Shown: positions 44,335-57,594, numbered from the stretch's first letter. The stretch is 64,000 nucleotides of DNA from Octopus vulgaris (GCA_951406725.2 OX597827.1:8122001-8186000), one strand, 5' to 3'. Program-made: numbers and translations. Notes: generated from the sequence alone by a model not told the origin.

Positions 44335-44714
44335 TGGAAGCACTCCATCGGTTACGACGACAAGGGTTCCGGTTGATCCGAATCAACGGAACAGCCTGCT
44401 CTTGAAATTAACGTGCCAGTTGGTGAGCACTCCACAGACACGTGTACCCTTAACGTAGTTCTCGGGGATATTCAGCGTGACACAGAGAGTGACAAGGCCG
44501 GCCCTTTGAAATACAGGTACAACAGAAACAGGAAGTAAGAGTGAAAGAAAGTTGTGGTGAAAGAGTACAGCAGGGATCACCACCATCCCTGCCGGAGCCT
44601 CGTGGAGCTTTAGGTGTTTTCGCTCAATAAACACTCACAACGCCCGGTCTGGGAATTGAAACTGCGATCCTATGACCGCGAGTCCGCTGCCCTAACCACT
44701 GGGCCATTGCGCTT
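44335..44714 (-). mobile_element. SINE family C (third body type)
   Basis: tRNA head as at 6904 on the minus strand, with a different 3' body. Confidence 0.82.
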
Positions 44715-44884
44715 CCCCACTTGAAGACTGTAAACAACCAGGAAAAGAGGCTGAGTAAAATATACAGATATTGGAGTTTCATAATATGTCTCTAGTGCTG
44801 AATTATGAACTTGGACACAAGAATAGTTCTGCAGTTTTGCATAATAAATTGGGTCATGCAGTATAGAAAGGGAAAGAAACACAC

Positions 44885-44989
44885 GAGTTAGTAGAACAAG
44901 GATTAAAGGCAATTGAGAGAACAACGCTGCCGGGAAAATTCAAATGTTGGATACTGCAATTTGGGCTGCACCCAAGAATAATGTGGCCA
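44885..44989 (+). mobile_element. Hero/NeSL-like non-LTR reverse transcriptase fragment
   Basis: ELVEQGLKAIERTTLPGKFKCWILQFGLHPRIMWP matches the GL..ID...LPGKFK.W..Q....PR..WP post-RT motif. Confidence 0.7.
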
Positions 44990-45131
44990 GAACAAACAAT
45001 AGAGCCTGGTGCAACACCTGACCCCACCAGCTCCAGTAAAACTGCCTAACTCATACCAGCATGGAAAACAGACGTTAAACGATGATGATGATGGTGGTGA
45101 TGATGATGGTGATGATGATGATGATGATGAA

Positions 45132-45169
<38 letters not shown>

Positions 45170-45663
45170 CGATGATACATAAACACATACACACGTACAC
45201 ATACATGAAAACATGCGTACATGTAAACATATATATGCAGACACATAAGCACACACACATACACATGTAACATAATTTTATGATTATTCTTTTGACATCT
45301 TCTGTCAATTTGCATCAGATTTGATGATGGACCCATCGCATTTCCCATTATTTACAGAATTTATTTGTCGTTATATTTCACAAATTAATAATATCTAGAG
45401 GCAGTTCACTGCTTCTCACTTGATTACTGCGGCTATCTGGAGTTATAACTTCATTTGCACTTAATGTCTAAGCAATACTAAGCAGATACATCTGCAATTT
45501 TCAGCTGTTGTCATCTTGCTTGAAGAAGCCTGAGACACACACTTATATCAATTGAATAAATCAACCCCCAGTACTTTTACTGATATCTTAACATAATAGC
45601 ATAATGCGTCCTGTGTTTAGATATAAACTCAATGGTTTTTGACAAAGATATAGATGAAGTCTC

Positions 45664-46050
45664 CAGGAGTGGCTGTGTGGTAAGTAGCTTGTTTACCAAC
45701 CACATGGTTCCGGGTTCAGTCTTCTGCTATAGCCCCGGGCCGACCAATGCCTTGTGAGTGGATTTGGTAGACGGAAACTGAAAGAAGCCCGTCATATATA
45801 TATATATATATGTATGTATGTGTTTGTGTGTTTGTGTGTCTGTGTTTGTCCCCCTAGCATTGCTTGACAACCGATGCTGGTGTGTTTATGTCCCCGTCAC
45901 TTAGCGGTTCAGCAAAAGAGACCGATAGAATAAGTACTGGGCTTACAAAGAATAAGTCCCGGGGTCGAGTTGCTCGATTAAAGGCGGTGCTCCAGCATAA
46001 CCGCAGTCAAATGACTGAAACAAGTAAAAGAGTAAAAGAGAAAAGAGAGT
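45664..46050 (+). mobile_element. SINE family A
   Basis: Family A sequence with a short deletion after the B box. Confidence 0.88.
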
Positions 46051-46465
46051 ATGTAAAATTATGGCGGATGTACAACTGTTGATTAGTAAAATGCAAATGA
46101 GCAGTAAGGAAGGCTGAAGTAATATGATACCAGTAGGTGGCTTTAGGTGTTGAGGCTTTGTTTCTTGTCTCTGGTATTGGATTGTGCATTTGAAAACACA
46201 AACAAGGTTGTTCATTGCAGATTCAATTACACCACATAGTAACTTGGGGAAATGTCTTCTATGAAAATCTCAGGTTTACTATTGTCTGCTAGTGGAATTT
46301 GGTTGGTAGACAGAAACAGTATGAAAGCCAGTCATACACATACATACATATATATATATATATATTTAAAAAGGAGATGTGGATACACACACATATACAT
46401 ACATATATATATATATAGGTGAAAGTTCTTTTTACCGGTTGCGCATTTGTTATGGTTATCAAAAT

Positions 46466-46572
46466 ATATTTTTTTAAGAGAGATAGAGTTCCTTTCTGAT
46501 AGATTTTTTTCTCTTATCAGATAAGAGAAAAAAATCTATCAGAAAGGAACTCTATCTCTCTTAAAAAAATAT
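46466..46572. repeat. Perfect palindrome with 53-bp arms and a 1-nt spacer
   Basis: ATATTTTTTTAAGAGAGATAGAGTTCC...CTCTTATC-A-GATAAGAG...GGAACTCTATCTCTCTTAAAAAAATAT, centred on 46519. Confidence 0.93.
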
Positions 46573-47257
46573 CTTTTTTGTGTGTATGTCTGTCCCACCA
46601 CCACCACCATCACCATCTCTTGACAACCGATGTTGGAGTGCTTACGTCCTCATAACCTAACAGTTCAACAAAAGAGAATAATAGAATTAGTACTAGGCTT
46701 ACAAGGAATAAGTCCTGGGGTCGATTTCTTCGACTAATACCCTTTAAGGTGGTGCTCCAGCTGGACCACAATCAAATGACTGAAACAAGTAAAAGAATAA
46801 CAGAAGAAAAGAATATATGTATGGGTGTATTTCAGTAACAGAAGTAAAATTTAAAGAGATCATTAAACCGGTGCTTTGAAAAGAAAGCCATTTGTGATAT
46901 TTGTTCCACCCTAGTTCCAGAGACAATTTATTGCCTCTTTTATTATTGTAAAGTAATGAACTAATCGTCTGTCTTTTGGAATCCTGTAACTGATGACACC
47001 CTTGCTCACCAAGTATGGCATTTGATAAAACAGATAAATAAATAAATGAATAAATGAATAGGTGTAGGAATAGTTGTATGGTGAAGAATTTTGTTTCTCA
47101 ACCATCTGGTTTTGAGTTCAGTCCCTTGGTTCCATTATAGCCTAAATCCAACCGATGCTTTCTGAGTGATTTATCTTGGTAAAATAAAAACTCCATTGAA
47201 GCCTGTTGCATGTTTGTGTGTGTGTGTATGCATGAGCAAGTATCTGTGAATGCTTAC

Positions 47258-47390
47258 TTGGAAAGTGTTGAGCTATAAACAGTAATGGTCGTTGATATTC
47301 AGGGCTAACGAAGTTGTTTAAATTTGAAAGTAAGTAAAATGAGAAATCTCTTGCAAAACAGGTAAGGTTTAGTGACATTAAGAGAATCTG
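47258..47390 (-). CDS. Candidate internal coding exon
   Basis: attctcttacAG|CAG...TTTCCAA|GTaagc, 133 bp, phase 0 to 1, only one frame open: QILLMSLNLTCFARDFSFYLLSNLNNFVSPEYQRPLLFIAQHFP. Confidence 0.45.
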
Positions 47391-47419
47391 CTGTAAGAGA
47401 ATACCTCAATGATATATTT

Positions 47420-47892
47420 AATTTAATTTAATTTAATTTAATTTAATTTATATTGGCTCAAAAAGCAAATCCAAAGCCATGTAGGGGGACAGGGAGTCAT
47501 GTACAGGGAGGATGGTCAAACAAACAGCTCAGGCCATTTCCGGTCAAGAGAGACTTTTAACCGAGCGATCGTCGGCATCTTCACTATCTCGTCAGGCAGC
47601 TTATTCCACGGATCTGCAACCTGGACGGAGAAAGCCCCTCTCCTTTGATTGAGATGAAATTGTCATAGATAGAGCTTTTCGGAGTGACACCGCAGCCCAG
47701 GCTCTGGAGCAGGAGTGAAGAACAGCTCTTTCGAGAGGTTACACTTTCCGCTTATCATGTTGTGAGCGAGAATGAGATCACCACGGCGGCGATGTTTTTT
47801 TGAGAGAAAAAAGGTCGAGCGTCTTCAGCCTTTCTTCATGAGACAAATGCTTGAGACCAAGAACCATGCGGGTAGCCAGCTTCTGGACTCTG
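47420..47892 (-). mobile_element. CR1-group LINE 3' fragment
   Basis: RVQKLATRMVLGLKHLSHEERLKTLDLFSL...; ends in a (TAAAT)n tail. Confidence 0.82.
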
Positions 47893-48224
47893 TATTTATC
47901 TAATCTATACTGCATTGAAAATAATATACATAAAACATATGTATGAATAAAAGAATAAAAAAGGACAGTTGACTTTCTAATGGCCCAGTCTGTCTGATAC
48001 CCCAAAATATGAGGTAGAGGAAAACGTTTGTGTGCTGTGCTAAAATAATGCTGTTTTTATATATTTTTGTGGTATGTGTGGTCATTCAGTTCATTATTTT
48101 AACATGGCGTATGAACTTTTTCCTCAAACTAGTAATAACAAATTCCAAGTGTTAGTAATGGATACACTGTAAAATTGATAAATTATTTGATAACTTTCAA
48201 TATTAAGTTCGATTCTTCCTTGAA

Positions 48225-48381
48225 AGTGGCTGTGTGGTAAGTAGCTTGCTAACCAACCACATGGTTCTGGGTTCAGTCCCACTGCATGGCATCTTGGGCA
48301 AGTGTCTTCTGCTATAGCCCCGGGCCAACCAAAGCCTTGTGAGTGGATTTGGTAGACGGAAACTGAAAGAAGCCTGTCGTA

Positions 48382-48424
<43 letters not shown>

Positions 48425-48646
48425 TTGTTTGTGTGTCTGTGTTTGTTCCCCTAGCATTGTTTGACAACCGATGCTGGTGTGTTTACGTCCCCGTTACTTA
48501 GCGGTTCGGCAAAAGAGACCGATAGAATAAGTACTGGGCTTACAAAGAATAAGTCCTAGGGTCGATTTGCTCGACTAAAGGCGGTGCTCCAGCATGGCTG
48601 CAGTCAAATGACTGAAACAAGTGAAAGAGAAAGAGAGAAAGAGAGA
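48225..48646 (+). mobile_element. SINE family A
   Basis: Matches the family A sequence. Confidence 0.9.
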
Positions 48647-48914
48647 GTTTGGTAAGCTAAGGGTATCACAAAGCTGACTTATCTTGCATACACTACTTGA
48701 AGACGATCGGGTTTTTAATAGTTCACTTATGACTCAAAGTGTTATAGACTCAAATGCAAAGCGTTAGTGTTATACCAGCCAACATCTCAATGAATCCAAC
48801 TTTGCTAATCTCTATTCTATCCTTCTTAAAGAAAATTTATTTCAGTCATAACGATAAAGCTAGATATTGCAGTAGTTTAAGCACTTAGCCAGGGTTCTCA
48901 TATTAACACTGTAG

Positions 48915-49320
48915 CTGCCGCCGCCACTGCCGCCGCCACCACCATCACCATCACCACTACCACCACCGCCACCACCACCACCACCACCACCACCACCACC
49001 ACCACCACCACCACCACCACCACCACCACCACCACCACCACCACCACCACCACCACCACCACCACCACCACCACCGCCACCGCCACCACCACCACCACCG
49101 CCGCCACCGCCACCACCGCCGCTGCCGCCACCACCACCGCAACTACCACCACCGTCACCACCGCTACCACTACCACCACTGCCACACCACCATCTCCGCC
49201 ACCACCACCGCCACCACCACCACCACCACCACCACCACCACCGCCACAACCACTGCCACCACCATCACCGCCACCACCACCACCGCCACCACCACCACCA
49301 CCATTGCCACTGCCACCACC
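48915..49320. repeat. (CCA/CCG)n trinucleotide repeat
   Basis: Directly visible, about 400 bp. Confidence 0.95.
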
Positions 49321-49521
49321 AGGGCAAGCAATCCAAAGGCTCCCCACCGTTTATTTATTAACAGCAAACCACAGCTTATATAGATTACCATTGGGCTTCC
49401 AATAGCTACGCAGGGTCCTGTGAGGACCCTGAGTGCGTATGGCTTAATGTGGCGTCGCACTTAATCAGAAACTGAATGTTTTTGATTCATATAGTTTATA
49501 GACTTTGCATATATAATCATC

Positions 49522-49948
49522 TACTCTTTTACTCTTTACTCTTTTACTTGTTTCAGTCATTTGACTGCGGCCATGCCGGAGCACCGCCTTTAATCGAGCA
49601 ACTCGACCCCGGGACTTATTCTTTTGTAAGCCCAGTACTTATTCTATCGGTCTCTTTTGCCGAATTGCTAAGTAACGGGGACATGAACACACCAGCATCG
49701 GTTGTCAAGCAATGCTAGGGGGACAAACACAGACACACAAACATATACACACAAACACATATATATATATATATATACATATATACGACAGGCTTCTTTC
49801 AGTTTCCATCTACCAAATCCACTCACAAGGCTTTGGTCGGCCCGAGGTTATAGTAGAAGACACTTGCTCAAGGTGCCACGCAGTGGGACTGAACCCGGAA
49901 CCATGTGGTTGGTAAACAAGCTACTTACCACACAGCTAATCCTGCGCC
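49522..49948 (-). mobile_element. SINE family A, full length
   Basis: Reverse complement of the family A sequence. Confidence 0.9.
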
Positions 49949-50428
49949 TTACTAATAATTTATAGACTTTGTAATTAGGCTTTGCATATACAATTATTTA
50001 CAAAGGATTAATTAACACATATATACATATAAGCTACATTAACCAAAAAATATATTTACCAAACATATTTACAAGGCAAGAACGAAAAACACACAACAAC
50101 AACAACAACAATGGAAATTTTTGGATTGAACTACAAAAACCATGCGTGTACAAAAACATAAAACTTTCACAGAGAATATTAATATTTGCTAAACTGGCTG
50201 ATCTTTGAGGAGAGAATCTAGCTGCTCCATAATCTTAGTCCATAATACTCTTTTACTCTTTTACTTGCTTCCGTCATCTGACTGTGGCCATGCTGGAGTG
50301 CTGCCTTTAGTTGGACAAATCGTCCACAGGACTTATTCTTTGTAAGCCTAGTACTTATTCTATCGGTCTTTTTTGACGAACTGCTAAGTTATGGGGACTT
50401 AAAAACACACACAAATACATACATACAT

Positions 50429-50461
<33 letters not shown>

Positions 50462-50646
50462 TACATACATACATACACACACACATACATACATACATAC
50501 ATACATACATACATACATACATACATACATACATGCCTAAGTAAGGCATGTGTAAAATTTGAACGAAATTGGTTGTGCAGTTCTCAAGTTTTAGGGAAAC
50601 ACACAGACAGACAGACACACATTCTCAGTTTTATATATATATAAAG

Positions 50647-50687
<41 letters not shown>

Positions 50688-51122
50688 GAGAGAGAGAAAG
50701 ACGGAGAGAGAGAGAGAGAGAGCTAGGACAATAGCTTATCAGGATATACCATTTCAAAAAACAAATAAATCATTTGGCCACATAGTTAATTAGAAAACAT
50801 ATATTCATTTAAAGCACTCTGTGCTCTATAAAAATATGTACAATTTAAATAATTGATAAAATATTATCCCTGAACATTTCGAAGAAATATCATTGAAATT
50901 AATTCATGTACAAATAATAATTCCTACTATCAAAATAACTTTAAAAAAAAAGAATATCCTAAAATAATAAGCATTAATCTGAATATCACCTGCCTACTGA
51001 AAATTAATATATTAGCATCTTCAAATTAAATTAGTTGTTTCCTTATTTCAAGATTTAAAGAAGACGTTGAACTATAATAAATTATTTATAATAAATTAGT
51101 TTCAGTCTAAATGTCTATAGAA

Positions 51123-51518
51123 TACTAGCAGTATCGCCTGGCGTTGCTCAGGTTTGTAAGGGAAATAACTATATAAGCATTTTTAGAGATGTAAAGTATA
51201 ATAGCCATCTCAATATGGTTAACCACAAAGGGGGGTGTTACTGCTTTTTACGTTCTGAGATTTAATAATAAATTTTTAGAGAGTTACTTCCCTTATATAT
51301 GCGAAAAAATGCATTAAAAATGGGAAAAAATGATGGTAAATTTGTTTTAAATCGTAGACTCATTGTAGACGCGCGCTAATACCCAGAAGGGCTCGATATG
51401 AATCACGACTATAAGATACCCGGTTTTGGTTAAACTGCACCGCAAAATGTGGGAGTAGTTAGGAATCTAAATCGTAGGAGACAAACACTCACACAACTTC
51501 ACTTTTATATATAAAGAT
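51123..51518. mobile_element. Non-autonomous Helitron/Helentron-like element
   Basis: One end is TACTAGCAGTATCGCCTGGCGTTGCTCAGG (CTAG plus GC hairpin) and the other TTTTATATATAAAGAT. Related ends occur at 50535-50648 and from about 63692. Confidence 0.55.
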
Positions 51519-51770
51519 ATGAATAAATTGTTAGGAAATCCTAAAATAAATTACTGCTCAAATATTATCTGCAAAATAAGTGCCAGTATTTATGCTAATA
51601 TAGAGTAAATATACTTAGTGTGTGTGCTTGTTGGCATATGCATATGTAAACACACACACACACATACACACACACACACATACATACACATACATACACA
51701 CACATACACACACACATACACACATACACACACATACACACACACATACACACACATACACACACATACA

Positions 51771-51811
<41 letters not shown>

Positions 51812-51854
51812 ACACACATACACAAATACACACATATATACACATACACACACA

Positions 51855-51922
<68 letters not shown>

Positions 51923-51946
51923 TACACACATTATATGTGTATATAT

Positions 51947-52179
51947 ACTCTTTTACCCTTTTACTCTTTTACTTGTTTCAGTCATGTGACTGTGGCCATG
52001 CTGGAGCACCGCCCACCTTTAGTCGAGCAAATCGACCCCAGGACACATTCTTTGTAAGCCTAGTACTTATTTTATCGGTCTCTTTTTTGCCGAACTGCTA
52101 AGTTACGGGGACGTAAACACACCAGCATCAGTTGTCAAGCAATGTTGGGAGGACAAATACATACAAACAAACACGCACA

Positions 52180-52221
<42 letters not shown>

Positions 52222-52619
52222 CGACGGGCTTTTTTCAGTTTCCATCTATCAAGTAGCTTGCTTACCAACCACATGGTTCCAGGTTCAGTCCCACTGCATG
52301 GCACCTCGGGCTGGCCAAAGCCTTGTGAGTGGATTTGGTAGACGGAAACTGAAAGAAGCCCGTCGTATATATGTATATATATGTATGTGTGCGTGTATGT
52401 TTGTGTGTCTGTGTTTGTCCCCCTAGCATTGCTTGACAACCGATGCTGGTGTGTTTATGTCCCCATCACTTAGCGGTTCAGCAAAAGAGACCGATAGAAT
52501 AAGTACTGGGCTTACAAAGAATATGTCCCGAGGTCGAGTTGTTCGACTAAAGGCGGTGCTCCAGCATGGCCGCAGTCAAATGACTGAAAGAAGTAAAAGA
52601 CTAAAAGAGAGTAAAGAGT
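51947..52619. mobile_element. Head-to-head inverted pair of family A SINEs
   Basis: Minus copy 51947-52248 directly abuts plus copy 52251-52619. Confidence 0.85.
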
Positions 52620-52636
52620 ATTTAGATTAGGACTAA

Positions 52637-52932
52637 TTTGGAGTAAAGATTATTTGCCAACATAACATGGCAGTCCTGGTTTAGGACGAATGTTGCTGTA
52701 ATTTAGCCCCAGGAGACATCGTCTCCAGCTGGCTATATGACATGATCTGTGTCCTTATGTTATCAAACAAGGAAATCTAGTACCCCATTCAGCTCAAAAT
52801 AATATCTGTGTATTGTGATTTGTGGGTTATTTCCCTTCATCAGCACAGAATAATTGTTTGGTTAGAGGTGGCACTGGCAAATTCCTAAACCAAGACTGCC
52901 ATGTTTTGTTGGCAAATAATCTTTACTTCAAA
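52637..52932 (-). mobile_element. Penelope-like fragment with 50-bp inverted ends and a decayed hammerhead (52805-52849)
   Basis: 52637-52686 is the reverse complement of 52882-52932. Minus motif UCUGUG-CUGAUGA-A-GGG aaauaa CCC-acAAA-UCACAA-UA-CACAGA lacks G12. Confidence 0.6.
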
Positions 52933-53064
52933 GTATTGTTGCTGAATATCTCTCGTTGTGAGATTTACAAATAGTAATTTATTATTGTTCAATGTCTGCT
53001 TTAAATCTTGAAATAAAACAGCCAATTTAATCTGAAGATGCTAACATTAATTTTCTCTAGGCAA

Positions 53065-53725
53065 GTGAAAGGCAGATTGCATGATGCCTGTGTACGAACA
53101 GCTATGATACATGGCAGTGAAACATAGGTTGTAATCGCTGAGGACATGTGTAGGCTTGAAAAGAATGAAGCTAGTATGCTTCACTGGATGTGCAATGTCA
53201 GTGTGCAGGTATGACAAAATGTAAGCATCTTATGAGAAAAGTTGGGCATAAGAGGCATTAAATATGGTGTACAAGGAAGATGACTGAACTGGTATGGTCA
53301 TGTGATATGTATTGATGTGGACAGCTGCTTAAAGAAGTGCTGATCTCTAACTGTGGAGGGAACCTGTGAAAGACGTAGACCCAGAAAGACAAGGGACTAG
53401 GTGGTGAAGCATGATATTTGAACATTAGTCCTTATGGAGGCAATGACTAGTGACCAAGACCTTTAGCAATATGCATTGTTTGAAAAGACTCGTCAAGCCA
53501 AGGGAAATCATAGTTGTGACTGATGCCGGTGTCACGTAACTGGACATGCAAGAAGCACCCATTGCACTCTTGGAATGGTTGGTGTTAGGAAGGGAATCCA
53601 GCCATAGAAACCATGCCACATCAGTCTGGAATTTGGTGCAGTTCTCTAGCTTACCAGTTTCAGACAAACCATCTAACCCATGCCAGCATGTAAAGCAGAC
53701 ACTAAATGGTGAAGTTGATGATGAT
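53065..53725 (+). mobile_element. RTE LINE fragment
   Basis: VKGRLHDACVRTAMIHGSET*...RLEKNEASMLHWMC, same family as 18986-19240. Confidence 0.85.
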
Positions 53726-54133
53726 ATATGTGTATGTATATATCATCATCATCATCATCATGCTGGCATAGGTTTGATGGTTTTACTGGCTTGGCATGCT
53801 GGAAAGCTGCTCCGGTCTGGTTTGGCATGGTTTTCTACGGCTGGATACCCTTCCTAACGCCAATCACTCTGACAGTGTAATGGGTGCTTTTACATGCCAC
53901 TGGGATGGGATGAAAGGCAAAGTCAACTGCTAAGCATTTCGACTGGCGCACTAATAATTCTGCCAGCTTGCCGCCCTATATATATATAAAAGTACATATA
54001 TAGTGACTTGATATAAAGTGACTTGATCTGAGATCGTGTGCTGGAATGAAAACAATTGCAGCGTGGAAGGTGTTTATAAGTCATTTAAGAAACACACAAA
54101 AACCGTTAGATTCACTTCAACATTTAAATTTAA

Positions 54134-54184
54134 TTTGTCAAAATATTTTCGTCACTTTGAGACTGCGACCTGTTCACTGACAAA
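54134..54184 (-). ncRNA. Type I hammerhead-like motif, G3-C8 core variant, in a Penelope-like fragment (about 54020-54215)
   Basis: UUUGUCA-GUGAACA-G-GUCGC agucucaaa GUGAC-GAAA-AUAU-UU-UGACAAA. Stem I is a perfect 7 bp, stem II is 5 bp and stem III is the palindrome AAUAUU. Confidence 0.62.
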
Positions 54185-54212
54185 GCTTCGTGCTGCATCT
54201 CTTCGTGTTGTC

Positions 54213-54243
<31 letters not shown>

Positions 54244-54248
54244 CGTGT

Positions 54249-54330
<82 letters not shown>

Positions 54331-54535
54331 GTATATATTATAGTTATAGGAAGTTAATTATATGACCGGTCACAGAGCGACCAATGGTTTCACACTCATA
54401 AAGCAAATAACCTTATAGACAGCCGGTAAAACTCCAATGGCTGTGGGCATATAACGTCTTAAATACATTACTGCTCTAACATTTAGGTTGTACTTCTTTC
54501 CAAGATACACGTATACATATTATGTATATATTTGT

Positions 54536-54934
54536 AGGAGTGGCTGTGTGGTAAGTAGCTTGCTAACCAACCACATGGTTCCAGGTTCAGTCCCACTGCG
54601 TGGCATCTTGGGCAAGTGTCTTCTGCTATAGCCCCGTGCCGACCAATGCCTTGTGAGTTGATTTGGTAGACGGAAACTGAAAGAAGCCTGTCGTATATAT
54701 GTATATATATATATGTGTGTGTGTGTTTGTGTGTCTGTGTTTGTCTCCCTAGCATTGCTTGACAGCTGATGCTGGTGTGTTTACATCCCTGTCACTTAGC
54801 GGTTCGGCAAAAGAGACCGATAGAATAAGTACTGGGCTTACAAAGAATAAGTCCCGGGGTCGATTTGCTCAACTAAAGGCAGTGCTTCAGCATGGCTGCA
54901 GTCAAATGACTGATACAAGTAAAAGAGTAAAGAG
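54536..54934 (+). mobile_element. SINE family A
   Basis: Matches the family A sequence. Confidence 0.9.
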
Positions 54935-54973
54935 TATATACATATATATATACACACATGCACACACACTCAC

Positions 54974-55007
<34 letters not shown>

Positions 55008-55197
55008 ATGTAAGAAGTGACTAGCAGTTTTTCCATTCACTAACTTCAGTCAGAGGGCACTGGTTGGCCTTTAGATGTAATAACAGACATTTGGCAAGGG
55101 TGCCACAATGTGGGCTTGAACTGAAAGTAAGTGGTTGCAAAGCAAACTACTTGACCATAGAGCTACATACACCTATATATATTCATACATAATTGTA

Positions 55198-55291
<94 letters not shown>

Positions 55292-55506
55292 TACATATAC
55301 ATTTTATAATTATTACTGTTTTACTAATATATGTATATCTAAATTATATTTTAATGGTTAATGGCTAAAATTTTTTCCAAACATACGTATTCTTTATTAT
55401 TACTCCTATGCAAACAAAGAAAGATGTATAGTTCAAAAACCCATTAATGGATTTGTTTTTCATTAGAGTTTTATACAGAATTGATGTTTAAAAATATTTT
55501 ATGTGT

Positions 55507-55537
<31 letters not shown>

Positions 55538-55634
55538 TCACACAAATACATGTGCACACCTATATACACCCACATATATATATATATGTATATTAATGCA
55601 TATATGCATACATGTATATACATAACTATATATA

Positions 55635-55682
<48 letters not shown>

Positions 55683-55724
55683 ATATATATGTATGTATAT
55701 GTGTATGTATGTATGGATACATAC

Positions 55725-55770
<46 letters not shown>

Positions 55771-55894
55771 ATGTGTATGTATGTATGGATACATATATAT
55801 ATATACATATATATATATGTATGTATATATGTATGTATGTATGAATACATATATATATATATATATATATATGTATATGTGTGTGTATGGATAC

Positions 55895-55950
<56 letters not shown>

Positions 55951-56167
55951 ATAAATATGTTTATACTCAGTCAATGTGTTTATATATGTGTATTTATGTA
56001 CATGTAATATACATTTGTGTATGTGTGTGTGTGTACAAACACACTTTTTCTTTTTGCTTATTTTGTGGAATAGACTCATAAAAGTGATCAATACTACCCT
56101 GTGTTAGAAGTGTGTACGGTCTTGTATATGTTTATTCATGTGTAAGGTGAACAGGAATTACATTCAA

Positions 56168-56277
56168 TCAGTCTCCTGTTGGTTGATTGTACACATCAAC
56201 AGATTGAAAAGATGTATACGGTTGATGTATGGGCAGATTGAATGAAGTTGTTGTTTGAAAGTGTAATACCTGTTTAC
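56168..56277 (-). CDS. Candidate terminal exon following 57595-57754
   Basis: tatatgtcAG|GT AAA CAG..., phase 1, reads (G)KQVLHFQTTTSFNLPIHQPYTSFQSVDVYNQPTGD*. AATAAA at 56131-56136 (minus). The pyrimidine tract is weak. Confidence 0.45.
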
Positions 56278-56422
56278 CTGACATATAGATAAATCTCTAC
56301 GTATGTATATGTGAATGCAAACAAGCAGAAACACACACACACACTAGCATACAGACACACGTACAGACGAACATAAATGAATATATGTATGTATGTGTGT
56401 GCTTGTATGTGTGTGCTTGTAT

Positions 56423-56641
56423 TGGTAGAAACGTTAGCACGCCGGGCAAAATTCGTAGTCGTATTTCGTCTGTCGTTACGTTCCGAGTTCAAATTCCGCC
56501 GAGGTCGACTTTGCCTTTCATCCTTTCGGGGTCGATAAATTAAGTACCAGTTGCGCACTGGGGTCGATGTAGTCGACTTAATCCCTTTGTCTGTCCTTGT
56601 TTGTCCCCTCTGTGTTTAGCCCCTTGTGGGTAGTAAAGAAA
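56423..56641 (+). mobile_element. SINE family B (Nin-like)
   Basis: Matches 7740-7969. Confidence 0.87.
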
Positions 56642-56806
56642 TATATATAAGTATATGTATGTGTATAAATAAATGTACATAAATCTATATATATATGTGT
56701 ATTGGTGTGTGTATACATATATATACATACATATAAATGTACACATACGTGTATATAGATTTATAGGAAAACACGCACACTTGTATATATATATGTATAT
56801 ATATAT

Positions 56807-57003
56807 ATGAGGGAGTGCTGAAAAGTACCTGGCTTTAGGGTATCACCCAACTTTCTGAGTTCTTTTACAGGGCCTAGAAAAACAAGGACCACTGTAATAA
56901 GTGTTTGAATATGAGAAGAGAAATAAGTTGACTAAAATCATAATTAACTGATTCTCATGTATTTTCTTTTATCAAGGGCCAGGAGCTATTCAGTGCCCCT
57001 TGT
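56807..57003. mobile_element. Mariner-type MITE
   Basis: Imperfect TIRs GAGGGAGTGCTGAAAAGTACCTGGC / GCCAGGAGCTATTCAGTGCCCCTT in a TA context. Confidence 0.6.
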
Positions 57004-57091
57004 TTGTATCTATCTATCTTTCTGTCTGTATGTATGTCTGTCTGTCTCTGTCAGTCTGTCTGTCTCTGTCTTTCTGTCTGTCAGTCTGTCC

Positions 57092-57217
<126 letters not shown>

Positions 57218-57224
57218 TTATTTA

Positions 57225-57313
<89 letters not shown>

Positions 57314-57407
57314 ATATATATATATATACACACACACATGCATATATATACAACTGTATGTGTGTGCATATAAATCTATATACACATGTATAAGTACATC
57401 TATATGA

Positions 57408-57453
<46 letters not shown>

Positions 57454-57594
57454 ACACATATATGCACATAGATTCTTATAGACAAATGTGTATATATACA
57501 CACACCCACACATGCACACACTTACACACACACATACACCAAAGTGCATAATAGATCTCTGTCTTGAAGTTAATTTTTTTATTTTCGTACCTAC

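Noticed and set aside
48860-49460. Poly-Gly, poly-Val and poly-Trp ORFs
   Set aside because: Reading frames of the (CCA/CCG)n repeat with no convincing splice context.
54372-54410. Hammerhead 3' half on the minus strand (GAAA-CCAUUGG-UC)
   Set aside because: No CUGANGA-like box or stem I partner upstream; at most a truncated remnant.
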